64,000 nucleotides of DNA, from positions 1 through 64,000 of the IMG/VR virus record IMGVR_UViG_3300006851_000007. One strand, given 5' to 3'. This document shows, in pieces, positions 19,133 through 26,967 of this stretch (position 1 is the stretch's first letter; each line of letters opens with the position of its first letter). The notes beneath the pieces were generated by a model, which was given only the letters and a program-made list of their open reading frames with translations, made no database searches and had not been told where the DNA came from. A program made the position numbers and the translations under genes. The DNA comes from a virus. Lineage: Duplodnaviria; Caudoviricetes.

Positions 19133-19279
19133 ATGTCGATATTTAAGCAGTTTGGCTCAAATGAGGTTAGGCCGATATATATTGAGGTGGGTGGCCCTTT
19201 CATAAAAAAGGGTGTTATGGAGGTGTATATATTTACCGGCAAACACTTCCCCTCACACACGTTCTACATAGAGTTGTAA
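19133..19279 (+). CDS. array microprotein 6 (48 aa, ends IEL)
   Basis: GGAGG RBS; MSIFKQ..TFYIEL*. Confidence 0.75.
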   Translation: MSIFKQFGSNEVRPIYIEVGGPFIKKGVMEVYIFTGKHFPSHTFYIEL

Positions 19280-19281
19280 CC

Positions 19282-19461
19282 ATGGAAATATTTCCTTATA
19301 GCGAAGCGAATATTCTGGGTGAGATAAATCACACCTATTCTACGGTCAGTGGGTCGTATGTCTTCCCCGGATTTCAAAGGATGGTGGTCCTGGTTCTATT
19401 TTATCCAGACAGCAAGAAGAAGGGGGCTAACAAGTTTTACATATGCAATCTTGAGTACTAA
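19282..19461 (+). CDS. array microprotein 7 (59 aa, ends LEY)
   Basis: MEIFPY..YICNLEY*. Confidence 0.7.
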   Translation: MEIFPYSEANILGEINHTYSTVSGSYVFPGFQRMVVLVLFYPDSKKKGANKFYICNLEY

Positions 19462-19473
19462 CCTGAGGCGGTC

Positions 19474-19626
19474 ATGGAGCTGATGGAGCTGACGGATCAA
19501 AAGATCTGGGATGGGAAACTGGTGGACTCTAAATATCTCATTGTAAGAACAGAGGGGTATGTTTTGGTTTACATCAAGAAATTGGCAAGAAGTTTCTCAT
19601 GCAGAATGGCTGCGCTTGAGGCGTAA
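19474..19626 (+). CDS. array microprotein 8 (50 aa, ends LEA)
   Basis: GAGG RBS; MELMEL..RMAALEA*. Confidence 0.7.
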   Translation: MELMELTDQKIWDGKLVDSKYLIVRTEGYVLVYIKKLARSFSCRMAALEA

Positions 19627-19643
19627 GCACAGGAGGTGTGGGT

Positions 19644-19820
19644 ATGATTATCTGTAATGTTGATAGATGGAGAACTCATAACAAAGACACGATGTACTTC
19701 GCCGGCAATAACAGGGTGTACTTCGTCGGCAATAAGTCGTACTTATACAATTTAGTACCTCTGTATGTGCCCACACATAATGGCAAATATCTTTTTCTTT
19801 TCGACTGGATCGAGTTCTAG
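19644..19820 (+). CDS. array microprotein 9 (58 aa, ends IEF)
   Basis: AGGAGG RBS; MIICNV..FDWIEF*. Confidence 0.75.
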   Translation: MIICNVDRWRTHNKDTMYFAGNNRVYFVGNKSYLYNLVPLYVPTHNGKYLFLFDWIEF

Positions 19821-19853
19821 AATCATAGAGACCTCATTTATCAGGAGGCAGAT

Positions 19854-20003
19854 ATGAGCCTTGTCAATATAATCAAGCACAGGTCTGGAGATTTTAGGCA
19901 TAAAGAGTGTTACTTTTTCATACCTCGTAACAGGCGTGCATATATATACGAGTTAGGCAGGCGGGATGGGGTTAAGTCAGTTTTTTCCTTCATCGAATTT
20001 TGA
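19854..20003 (+). CDS. array microprotein 10 (49 aa, ends IEF)
   Basis: AGGAGG RBS; MSLVNI..FSFIEF*. Confidence 0.75.
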   Translation: MSLVNIIKHRSGDFRHKECYFFIPRNRRAYIYELGRRDGVKSVFSFIEF

Positions 20004-20010
20004 GGCACGA

Positions 20011-20175
20011 ATGACAATCATGCGGTTTACACACCTTTTGAAAAACGATGTGATTTACGATTGTTACTATCTACTGTATGAGGAATACGACAGCGCATCA
20101 AATATGGCTTGGATTTATAAATACAGCCCAGAAAATCACGCCAAACCTTCTGTAATATCATCCATAGAAATCTAA
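20011..20175 (+). CDS. array microprotein 11 (54 aa, ends IEI)
   Basis: GAGG RBS; MTIMRF..ISSIEI*. Confidence 0.7.
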   Translation: MTIMRFTHLLKNDVIYDCYYLLYEEYDSASNMAWIYKYSPENHAKPSVISSIEI

Positions 20176-20186
20176 GAGCCAACGTA

Positions 20187-20342
20187 ATGCAGATTCTTAG
20201 CGCCGCTTATCCTGACTGGGGTCTGGGTTGTTATTATTTCTACATGGACCGGACACATAAAACAATCTTGATATTTACCACACACCCTTCAGTATCTGAT
20301 GAGGGTTGGGCGATCAATAGTATTGCAAGTATTGAAATTTAA
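20187..20342 (+). CDS. array microprotein 12 (51 aa, ends IEI)
   Basis: MQILSA..IASIEI*. Confidence 0.7.
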   Translation: MQILSAAYPDWGLGCYYFYMDRTHKTILIFTTHPSVSDEGWAINSIASIEI

Positions 20343-20369
20343 TCTATATACGTCGATCAGGGGGTGGTT

Positions 20370-20516
20370 ATGTCAGTTATAAAGTTCCAGTATTCAACAT
20401 TCAACAAGCCGTATGCCTACTACTATCATTTCACACCTTTTGGTTTATTGTCTATAGGTTTATTTCAGGATGGCATAAGCTGGGTGGAGATGACAAGGGT
20501 TGAGGTTGATTTATAA
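20370..20516 (+). CDS. array microprotein 13 (48 aa, ends VEVDL)
   Basis: GGGGG RBS; MSVIKF..TRVEVDL*. Confidence 0.7.
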   Translation: MSVIKFQYSTFNKPYAYYYHFTPFGLLSIGLFQDGISWVEMTRVEVDL

Positions 20517-20582
20517 TGTAGGGGTTATAAATATCGTACATGATATGGATTTAACCAGGTATAACAAGTACAAGGATTAGGT

Positions 20583-20750
20583 GTGGGTGTTATTAATTTA
20601 GATCATTTCAACTTAGATGTTGATCCGGATAAAGTGTCTTACTACTGTCAAAGCGAAACTTCTTCCAACATTGTGTGGCTTGGCATATATATTCCAGACA
20701 GAGGCCAGCTTGAAGAGTGTTGGATAGAATTAACCGAGGTTGAGGTTTAA
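20583..20750 (+). CDS. array microprotein 14 (55 aa, ends VEV)
   Basis: AAGGA RBS, GTG start; ..LTEVEV*. Confidence 0.7.
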   Translation: MGVINLDHFNLDVDPDKVSYYCQSETSSNIVWLGIYIPDRGQLEECWIELTEVEV

Positions 20751-20780
20751 CTGTTTTGGTGGATAACCTCGAGGTGTTAT

Positions 20781-20927
20781 ATGTCTATATCCTTAGTGTC
20801 TAGTGTATGGGGTGGGGGTTGTACTTATATGTTCTCCGCAACAAGGGGAGTGGAGGCAGGAATATGGCTATTCGGCCCAAAATATGTAGATGGAAGACTC
20901 AACTTCATCTCATTTATTGAGTATTAA
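20781..20927 (+). CDS. array microprotein 15 (48 aa, ends IEY)
   Basis: GAGGT RBS; MSISLV..ISFIEY*. Confidence 0.75.
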   Translation: MSISLVSSVWGGGCTYMFSATRGVEAGIWLFGPKYVDGRLNFISFIEY

Positions 20928-20949
20928 TAGAGAAGGTGGTAAGGTGGTG

Positions 20950-21135
20950 ATGAATTTTTGGCTAGAACACGATTTTTGGCGAGAATACGGACTCTGGAGG
21001 GACTCAAAAGGTTCGTTAAGTTACCCGTGTTTGGACACCTTTGGGACAGACGGGGGCAGAACAGTAACCATATGCAGCACTAAAGCTCACAGCAAAGGTG
21101 GGTCTATTTGGGTCATATGTGCTATTGAGGTTTGA
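20950..21135 (+). CDS. array microprotein 16 (61 aa, ends IEV)
   Basis: AAGGT RBS; MNFWLE..ICAIEV*. Confidence 0.7.
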   Translation: MNFWLEHDFWREYGLWRDSKGSLSYPCLDTFGTDGGRTVTICSTKAHSKGGSIWVICAIEV

Positions 21136-21196
21136 TGGCACTGTAACGGATAATTTAAACTGTGGGCAGATGAGTATATCGTACATCGAGGTATAG
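21125..21196 (+). CDS. array microprotein 17 (short/remnant, ends IEV)
   Basis: ..GQMSISYIEV*; start uncertain. Confidence 0.35.
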   Translation: MRFDGTVTDNLNCGQMSISYIEV

Positions 21197-21239
21197 CAGG
21201 CCACACCCTAATGGTCTTGTATCGAGCGTCTACTGAAGT

Positions 21240-21407
21240 ATGAAAATAGAAGTCTGGCAAGATATATACAATACATACACAAACGACACGTACAAAGATG
21301 TGTATATGGTAGTTTGGATGTCAAAAAACGGTAACTACTGGTGTATAAATCTAAACCTATTCGGGGATAACAAAATCCCTGTCGCCAGATTCAGTCTCGA
21401 GTATTAG
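21240..21407 (+). CDS. array microprotein 18 (55 aa, ends LEY)
   Basis: MKIEVW..RFSLEY*. Confidence 0.7.
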   Translation: MKIEVWQDIYNTYTNDTYKDVYMVVWMSKNGNYWCINLNLFGDNKIPVARFSLEY

Positions 21408-21441
21408 CCATTGCCGCTACCGCTAAATAAATGCAGGTGGC

Positions 21442-21457
21442 AGGGGATAATATATAC
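21442..21457 (+). promoter_or_regulatory. putative phage promoter inside array (part 2)
   Basis: AGGGGATAATATATAC. Confidence 0.55.
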
Positions 21458-21495
21458 CAGGCAAACACATTCAACTCTCTTAGAGGTGATACAAC

Positions 21496-21660
21496 ATGAC
21501 CATCATAGTTGATTTATGTCCTGGACAAGAAGTCACGTTTTGGATGAGGGCGAAAGGGTTTTATAGCTCATTTGCCTCCCAGGAAACGCTAACAGTTACG
21601 TACGAATGGAACGAAGACGGTGAGACCTGGTACACACACCTCTTTTGCCTGGAACTGTAG
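21496..21660 (+). CDS. array microprotein 19 (54 aa, ends LEL)
   Basis: GAGGTG RBS; MTIIVD..LFCLEL*. Confidence 0.75.
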   Translation: MTIIVDLCPGQEVTFWMRAKGFYSSFASQETLTVTYEWNEDGETWYTHLFCLEL

Positions 21661-21676
21661 TCAGTGGAGATGCAAA

Positions 21677-21844
21677 ATGATGATGGTAGATATGAGAAAG
21701 GTGAGCATGCTTTACGAAGAAGGGTCGGTACCGACATCCTCTGTGTATGTGGCGCTATTTTTAGACTGGGCGGTGCTAATAAGGGTGGGGGGAGATGTAG
21801 TAGCAAGCCCAAGACCTCTGGAATACATGTCTTTAGAGTTTTAA
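21677..21844 (+). CDS. array microprotein 20 (55 aa, ends LEF)
   Basis: GGAG RBS; MMMVDM..YMSLEF*. Confidence 0.7.
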   Translation: MMMVDMRKVSMLYEEGSVPTSSVYVALFLDWAVLIRVGGDVVASPRPLEYMSLEF

Positions 21845-21898
21845 GTGCCCGCAGGAGGGACGTGTCTATAGGTTGTTAGGGTGGAGTACTGAGGTTGC

Positions 21899-22066
21899 AT
21901 GTTTCTCATTTTAAGCATAAGTGGTGAAGAGGGGGCGAGCGGGGTGTTTTACACCCTCTCGTCCTCCCCTAAGGGGTATTTTTTGTATTTTTGTAAGACT
22001 TTATACAGTCACGAAAGAGGGGCTCACGTCATAACAAACACAGAGATTGTAGAGCTGGAGGCGTAA
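21899..22066 (+). CDS. array microprotein 21 (55 aa, ends LEA)
   Basis: GAGGT RBS; MFLILS..IVELEA*. Confidence 0.7.
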   Translation: MFLILSISGEEGASGVFYTLSSSPKGYFLYFCKTLYSHERGAHVITNTEIVELEA

Positions 22067-22075
22067 TGGTTTCCG

Positions 22076-22120
22076 ATGCCAGGGGATGGGGGCGGGTGGA
22101 GCGTGGGTATTGAAATATGA
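22076..22120 (+). CDS. array microprotein 22 (remnant, 14 aa, ends IEI)
   Basis: MPGDGGGWSVGIEI*. Confidence 0.3.
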   Translation: MPGDGGGWSVGIEI

Positions 22121-22137
22121 ATTAGCGCGAGGATGAA

Positions 22138-22314
22138 TTGAATATTGTACTAAAAAAGGATGCACGAAAATACAGTTGGGAGGACTGTATATATCAACTA
22201 TTTGACGTTTGTTATGAACTACCCCCAGGTGATAACAGGATAATGGCTGCGTATCTGTATTCAAGAGGGGTGGGGAGGCGGTACTCTCATACTGCGATAA
22301 TTTTAGAGATATAG
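22138..22314 (+). CDS. array microprotein 23 (58 aa, ends LEI)
   Basis: GAGGA RBS, TTG start; MNIVLK..AIILEI*. Confidence 0.7.
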   Translation: MNIVLKKDARKYSWEDCIYQLFDVCYELPPGDNRIMAAYLYSRGVGRRYSHTAIILEI

Positions 22315-22323
22315 GAGACAGTT

Positions 22324-22503
22324 ATGAGCTTTACTATTTACGGGCGGGAGGATTTTCTAAAAGGTGGACTTAAATATAGCTTTACACATGTGGTAAATCT
22401 TTATCTGGGGGGTTTGGAGAGGGGCGAGGTAATCATAAACGGCGTGCACGGTTTTATACACGATGAGTGGAATCCACCGATGTCTGTGGTGCTGGAGTGC
22501 TAA
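22324..22503 (+). CDS. array microprotein 24 (59 aa, ends LEC)
   Basis: AGGAG RBS; MSFTIY..SVVLEC*. Confidence 0.75.
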   Translation: MSFTIYGREDFLKGGLKYSFTHVVNLYLGGLERGEVIINGVHGFIHDEWNPPMSVVLEC

Positions 22504-22691
22504 TGAATATTGTCGATAGCGAAGAGTACTGGGAGTACAGTGTAGATGACAGGCATGGGGCGTATTACGCGCTTGACATTGGAGATTTCGATTGGGATGA
22601 AAAGATGGTGTTGTATAGAGGCGGGTGGAGTCTTGAGGAGTATCATTGGCGTATTAACTTAGAATACGGCCTGAATGATACTAACCAGTGA
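22503..22691 (+). CDS. array microprotein 25 (62 aa, LEY + 7-aa extension)
   Basis: TAATG coupling; MNIVDS..RINLEYGLNDTNQ*. Confidence 0.7.
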   Translation: MNIVDSEEYWEYSVDDRHGAYYALDIGDFDWDEKMVLYRGGWSLEEYHWRINLEYGLNDTNQ

Positions 22692-22739
22692 TACGAATAG
22701 CTCAATATCTCACAATAAAGACAGAGGTGTAAACGTGTC

Positions 22740-22922
22740 ATGGAAATAATACATGCAGGCGGTATTGCGGGAAAGTCTGGTCCGGCTTATGCTTATGATT
22801 ACGATCTCCCTTATAGTCACCACTCTACCTCTCTCAGGTATATAGATTTACTTATCTTCTATGTCGATGAAGGGGGGTGTAGAGATTGCCCAATGATCCT
22901 TTTGTTTTATATTGAGTGTTAA
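22740..22922 (+). CDS. array microprotein 26 (60 aa, ends IEC)
   Basis: GAGGT RBS; MEIIHA..LFYIEC*. Confidence 0.7.
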   Translation: MEIIHAGGIAGKSGPAYAYDYDLPYSHHSTSLRYIDLLIFYVDEGGCRDCPMILLFYIEC

Positions 22923-22924
22923 AC

Positions 22925-23086
22925 ATGGACCTATTGAAAGAAATTCCGGCCAATAACTCCCCTGAGAAAAGAAAGGTATATTACATAATGACAGATATAC
23001 CCTTTCGCGAGGGTGGTATTTCATTTCTCGTCGTGGCGCTCGAACGTGGGTGCCGCTATTTAAATGCGATGAATATAGAGGTGTAG
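22925..23086 (+). CDS. array microprotein 27 (53 aa, ends IEV)
   Basis: MDLLKE..AMNIEV*. Confidence 0.7.
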   Translation: MDLLKEIPANNSPEKRKVYYIMTDIPFREGGISFLVVALERGCRYLNAMNIEV

Positions 23087-23087
23087 G

Positions 23088-23255
23088 GTGAATATAGTAA
23101 ACTACGAAGACGCCATGGATGCCAGGATATACGATCGCGCGGGGGAGTATTATGTTTTAGACCGGATAAGAGTGGGGCGGGAAGGGGAGATGATGTTTCA
23201 CATATCGTTGGGTCGTTATTTTGGTAAAGTCGAGATTATGTATATTGAATATTGA
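23088..23255 (+). CDS. array microprotein 28 (55 aa, ends IEY)
   Basis: GAGGT RBS, GTG start; MNIVNY..IMYIEY*. Confidence 0.75.
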   Translation: MNIVNYEDAMDARIYDRAGEYYVLDRIRVGREGEMMFHISLGRYFGKVEIMYIEY

Positions 23256-23272
23256 TACTATTTGGAGGTTTT

Positions 23273-23452
23273 ATGGACATTTTAAGCCCTTCGGAGGTAT
23301 ATGATGCATATATATACAGTCTCAACAATAATGTCAGGGCGGTTAAGTATATTTCTCTAAAGCAACAATCGAAAAATCTATATCTTGATATTATCATTTT
23401 GGATAAAGGACAAAAATACGCGTTAGAACTTCCAATAGAGATAGAGTGCTAA
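23273..23452 (+). CDS. array microprotein 29 (59 aa, ends IEC)
   Basis: GGAGG RBS; MDILSP..PIEIEC*. Confidence 0.75.
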   Translation: MDILSPSEVYDAYIYSLNNNVRAVKYISLKQQSKNLYLDIIILDKGQKYALELPIEIEC

Positions 23453-23797
23453 TAATAGTGGGGAATATGCATCACTCTGGGGTAATCCTAACAAGCAACG
23501 CTTATAGCACCGGCGCCGATAAAAAGGACCTACCGGTTTTTTTTACACTACACCGAACAGCCAACCCGACCCACCTCTGATAAGCCCTGCTAAGGGTGTC
23601 ACAAAACACACTCCTGAAGCCACAGAATCGATCAGGAGACACTTCTTGCAACACGGTGCTACCAACAGTCGTATCGTACCCACAAGTCGGATATAAGCCC
23701 CACTAAGGGCTCGCATTACATTACCCGGAATATGGCCCGTTTTTACGGTATAATACATCCAGGTACGTCACTTATATATCAGCCAATAGGAGTGTTA

Positions 23798-24010
23798 GTG
23801 ATCATTCATACGATACAAGAGCACAATCGCGGTGGGGTTAGGTGGGTCAAGGATCAATTGCTTTATGTAGCGTTGGATCTTCCCAGTCGTGGTCGCTTGA
23901 AGGTGATATTTGCGGCGACGGTGGGCGAGGGTGGAAAACTTCAAGGGGGTTTAGACATGTGGGAGCTCGGTGTGAATATATTCATAGAATACATGATTGG
24001 GGAGGATTGA
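23798..24010 (+). CDS. array-like microprotein 30 (70 aa, IEY + 5-aa extension)
   Basis: AGGAG RBS, GTG start; MIIHTI..NIFIEYMIGED*; promoter ACGGTATAATACA at 23745. Confidence 0.6.
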   Translation: MIIHTIQEHNRGGVRWVKDQLLYVALDLPSRGRLKVIFAATVGEGGKLQGGLDMWELGVNIFIEYMIGED

Positions 24011-24011
24011 T

Positions 24012-24278
24012 ATGGCAGAGCTGTATGAGGGTGGTATTAGACAATACATCGCAGAGGCGTTGACTCTTGGGTGGTACGATGTTCTTGTTGAGAGCTCCTA
24101 CAACTTCATGGAGGAGGTGATTAATTCCGATTTGCCTCGAGAGGATCAAAATGAGGCAATTTTTGCTCTTTTGGAAATAATAAGGGGTGCGAAATCGAGG
24201 GATGGGGCTTCTATTTTTTCTGGTTTGTATAAGTTAAGAAAACGTGTGGAAAACCATGATCTTGTAAAATTTATATAA
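24012..24278 (+). CDS. hypothetical helical protein
   Basis: GGAGG RBS; 88 aa. Confidence 0.65.
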   Translation: MAELYEGGIRQYIAEALTLGWYDVLVESSYNFMEEVINSDLPREDQNEAIFALLEIIRGAKSRDGASIFSGLYKLRKRVENHDLVKFI

Positions 24279-24402
24279 AGCGACACTTCCCAGTATAGCA
24301 TGGGGGTCCAAATTAAAAAAATGCCACTAAAATTACGTGGCTTTGGGGTGATAATATATCTGCGGACTTCCTGTGATATTCTACACTTTAAAAGAGGTGA
24401 TT

Positions 24403-25470
24403 ATGGATGTTAAAAGCGCAACAAAAACCGCTATTATTTTCTGCAAAAATAAAATTCCTGTCATGTTCCGTGGTCCCCACGGGATTGGTAAGTCAGAAAT
24501 TGTCTACCAGATTGCACAGGAGTTAGAGCTTCCGGTCGTTGAGAGGCGAGCATCTCAAATGACAGAGGGTGACCTACTCGGGCTTCCTGACAGAGGTGAG
24601 GGGGGAGTAACAAAATTCCTTCCCCCTGAATGGTACCAAAGGGCTTGTGATGAACCTGTGCTGCTTTTCTTTGACGAGATCGATAGATCTATCGTTCAGG
24701 TCGCACAAGGAATCTTTGAGATTACTGACTCAAGGAAAATATTTGGCAACAAGCTCCACCCAGAGACAGTTATTATGGCTGCTGTGAACTCCGGGGTTGA
24801 CACATTCAGCTACCAGACAAGAACGATGGATCCCGCAGAGCTTGACCGGTGGGGGGTCATCGATATCACCCCATCGGTTGATGAATGGCTTGACTGGGCG
24901 GAGAGCAGCGAAGTGGACCCCATGGTGGTTAGCTTTATCCGCAGCAACCCAACCTCTCTGGAGCATTACGATTCTAATTTTGAGCCTAACAAGGTGTACC
25001 CCTCAAGGAGGTCTTGGGTTCGCCTATCCAATATGATAAAGGGTATTGATTATACGACAAAGGAGGGTCTTTCTGTATTGCAGAATGTTGCCCTTGCTAT
25101 GGTGGGGCAGGATACTGCGATCTCCTTCAGGAGGTATATCGAGGATATCAGTATCAACCTAAACGAGATGCTGTCAGATGATGCCGTTCTCAAGAAGGCA
25201 ATCGAGGCCCCGTTCGAGATTAAGATTGACTTGATCAACCAGGTCAGGGTCGGAAGAGTGCGACCGGAGAACCCCCTCGAGGTTACCCTCGGAAAAGAGG
25301 AGGTGGGTAGACTTATTAAGTTTATGGACTCTCTGGAAGACGAACAGGTGTTTGCCCTCATTCGATCTATTGGTGTTGGTAATCGCATCTTCATCAAAGA
25401 GTGTGGGTATAACATTGATGATAAGTTTGTCGAACTCACACAGAAAAGTGGCTTAAAGATGGAGGAGTAA
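24403..25470 (+). CDS. MoxR-like AAA+ ATPase
   Basis: Walker A GPHGIGKS, Walker B LLFFDEIDR, MDPAELDRW, PSRRSW; GAGGTG RBS; promoter GGTGATAATATA at 24347. Confidence 0.9.
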   Translation: MDVKSATKTAIIFCKNKIPVMFRGPHGIGKSEIVYQIAQELELPVVERRASQMTEGDLLGLPDRGEGGVTKFLPPEWYQRACDEPVLLFFDEIDRSIVQVAQGIFEITDSRKIFGNKLHPETVIMAAVNSGVDTFSYQTRTMDPAELDRWGVIDITPSVDEWLDWAESSEVDPMVVSFIRSNPTSLEHYDSNFEPNKVYPSRRSWVRLSNMIKGIDYTTKEGLSVLQNVALAMVGQDTAISFRRYIEDISINLNEMLSDDAVLKKAIEAPFEIKIDLINQVRVGRVRPENPLEVTLGKEEVGRLIKFMDSLEDEQVFALIRSIGVGNRIFIKECGYNIDDKFVELTQKSGLKMEE

Positions 25471-26654
25471 TGTCTAGTGGGCGAAGAATCATGGGTGCAG
25501 CATTATCCGAGCTCATGATCAGGGAGCCCTTTTGGGCTTCCGTATCTTATCACGTTGAGAAGATAGCATCCAACTCAATCCCCCTTATGGCCGTTGGGTT
25601 TCATGGGAAGGGGTATAAGCTTATATACAACCCAGAAGGACTAGAACGGATGAAGGTGGACCATCCGGATGAGTATATTAAATACACCATGGGTGTAATA
25701 AAGCATGAGTTTTTACACATCGTGTTCGACCATGTTTCGGTGTTTACAAAAAATAAAAACGAAACAAAGACGATGAATATCGCCATGGATCTTGCCATCA
25801 ATAGCTTTATTGCTGATGAGATTCCAGAAACGGCGCTGATCCCCGGAAGGGGTGCGTTTGAGAACTATGAGCCCAACCTGTCCTTCATTGAGTATTATGA
25901 GCAACTTAAGGGTGATGAGTCAATATCATTGGAGGAATTCGATACGGTTCATCTCACCGTGGAGGACCTGGAGAGGATTCTGGGTGAGGTTGACAGACTG
26001 TCTCCAGAAGAGATGGAAGTCGTCAGAAGGATGATCATAGATGTCGCGACAAGCAGAGCAGAAGGTGAGGGGTGGGGAACTGTATCTAGAGACATGCAGG
26101 ATAAGATAAGAGCGTCAATGATGAATATCATTGATTGGAGGGGGCTCTTGAGAAGGTTTATCGGAAATGCTGTTGTTGATGAGATGAATACTTCTTTTAA
26201 GAGAATCAACAGGAGGTACCCGTGGCAGTTTCCAGGAACAAGGAGGGATAATCAGCCGAAGGTGGCGGTGTCGATTGATATGTCCGGATCGATGAGCGAT
26301 GAAGACTTGGCTGATATTGCTGGGGAGCTAAACGCACTGTCTGACACAGCTTCGTTCACAGTTATTCCATTCGATACTGAGGTGGCAGAAGAACATATAT
26401 ACGAATGGAGGAAGGGTCGGAAATTTGGTGAGATTGACAGAGTTGCATGCGGCGGAACTGACCTAAGCGCTCCCATCTTGTATGTTGACAAAAGCGTGGG
26501 CAACTTTTCAGCACACATCATGTTTAGTGACCTGCATGCCTGTACTCCACCAATCCCGAGGGTAAAGACTGTGTTCTTCGTTCCAGAGGGTGGCAATATG
26601 GATTTAGATCACCCTTCCGAGAAAATCATGATGGTGAGAGGTCGTAATGATTAA
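25470..26654 (+). CDS. putative metallopeptidase + vWA domain protein (DUF2201-like), MoxR partner
   Basis: HEFLH + NIAMDLAIN; MIDAS DMSGS, GGTD, FSD; TAATG-coupled to the ATPase. Confidence 0.88.
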   Translation: MSSGRRIMGAALSELMIREPFWASVSYHVEKIASNSIPLMAVGFHGKGYKLIYNPEGLERMKVDHPDEYIKYTMGVIKHEFLHIVFDHVSVFTKNKNETKTMNIAMDLAINSFIADEIPETALIPGRGAFENYEPNLSFIEYYEQLKGDESISLEEFDTVHLTVEDLERILGEVDRLSPEEMEVVRRMIIDVATSRAEGEGWGTVSRDMQDKIRASMMNIIDWRGLLRRFIGNAVVDEMNTSFKRINRRYPWQFPGTRRDNQPKVAVSIDMSGSMSDEDLADIAGELNALSDTASFTVIPFDTEVAEEHIYEWRKGRKFGEIDRVACGGTDLSAPILYVDKSVGNFSAHIMFSDLHACTPPIPRVKTVFFVPEGGNMDLDHPSEKIMMVRGRND

Positions 26655-26919
26655 CGAGAAATACGAGATACTCGCTCTCGTAAATAATATTAAAAATAGG
26701 GCAGAGAAGGCGAGAAGTAGGGAGGATATAGAGCAAATAGAATACTACTCCAGGCTTATCGTCAGGTGTTGTCAGGAGGGGGCAGTGTCAGACATAAAAC
26801 TTGACGTGAAGGGGATATTGGAGAGATCTAGCAAGCATAACGCAATAATCTTTGTCAAGAACGTTACAGGGATAACCCTGGCTGAGGCAAGGGAGTGGGT
26901 TGAGAATAATATAGACTGA
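26647..26919 (+). CDS. protein with ribosomal L7/L12 C-terminal-like domain
   Basis: KHNAIIFVKNVTGITLAEAREWVE resembles KxxAIKxVRxxTGLGLKEAKxxVE. Confidence 0.55.
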   Translation: MINEKYEILALVNNIKNRAEKARSREDIEQIEYYSRLIVRCCQEGAVSDIKLDVKGILERSSKHNAIIFVKNVTGITLAEAREWVENNID

Positions 26920-26926
26920 CACAAAT

Positions 26927-26950
26927 GGGGCCCTGCGCCCCTATTTTTTT
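26927..26950 (+). terminator. intrinsic terminator
   Basis: GGGGC-CCTGC-GCCCC-TATTTTTTT. Confidence 0.6.
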
Positions 26951-26967
26951 AGATATAGAGAGGGAAA

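Noticed and set aside
18389-23452. CRISPR array or nucleotide tandem repeat explaining the ~170-bp periodicity
   Set aside because: No conserved DNA repeat; the periodicity comes from ORF length and the conservation is at the amino-acid level.
18389-23452. One long gene hidden by stop-codon recoding
   Set aside because: Units end in TAA, TAG and TGA, change frame and have their own SDs; long genes elsewhere are intact under code 11.
23453-23760. Minus-strand ORF 23543..23758
   Set aside because: No SD and no recognisable motif; the C-rich segment looks intergenic, like 15860-16100.
16303-24010. Diversity-generating retroelement or integron as source of the variability
   Set aside because: No reverse transcriptase, template/variable repeat pair, integrase or attC-like sites seen in this window.
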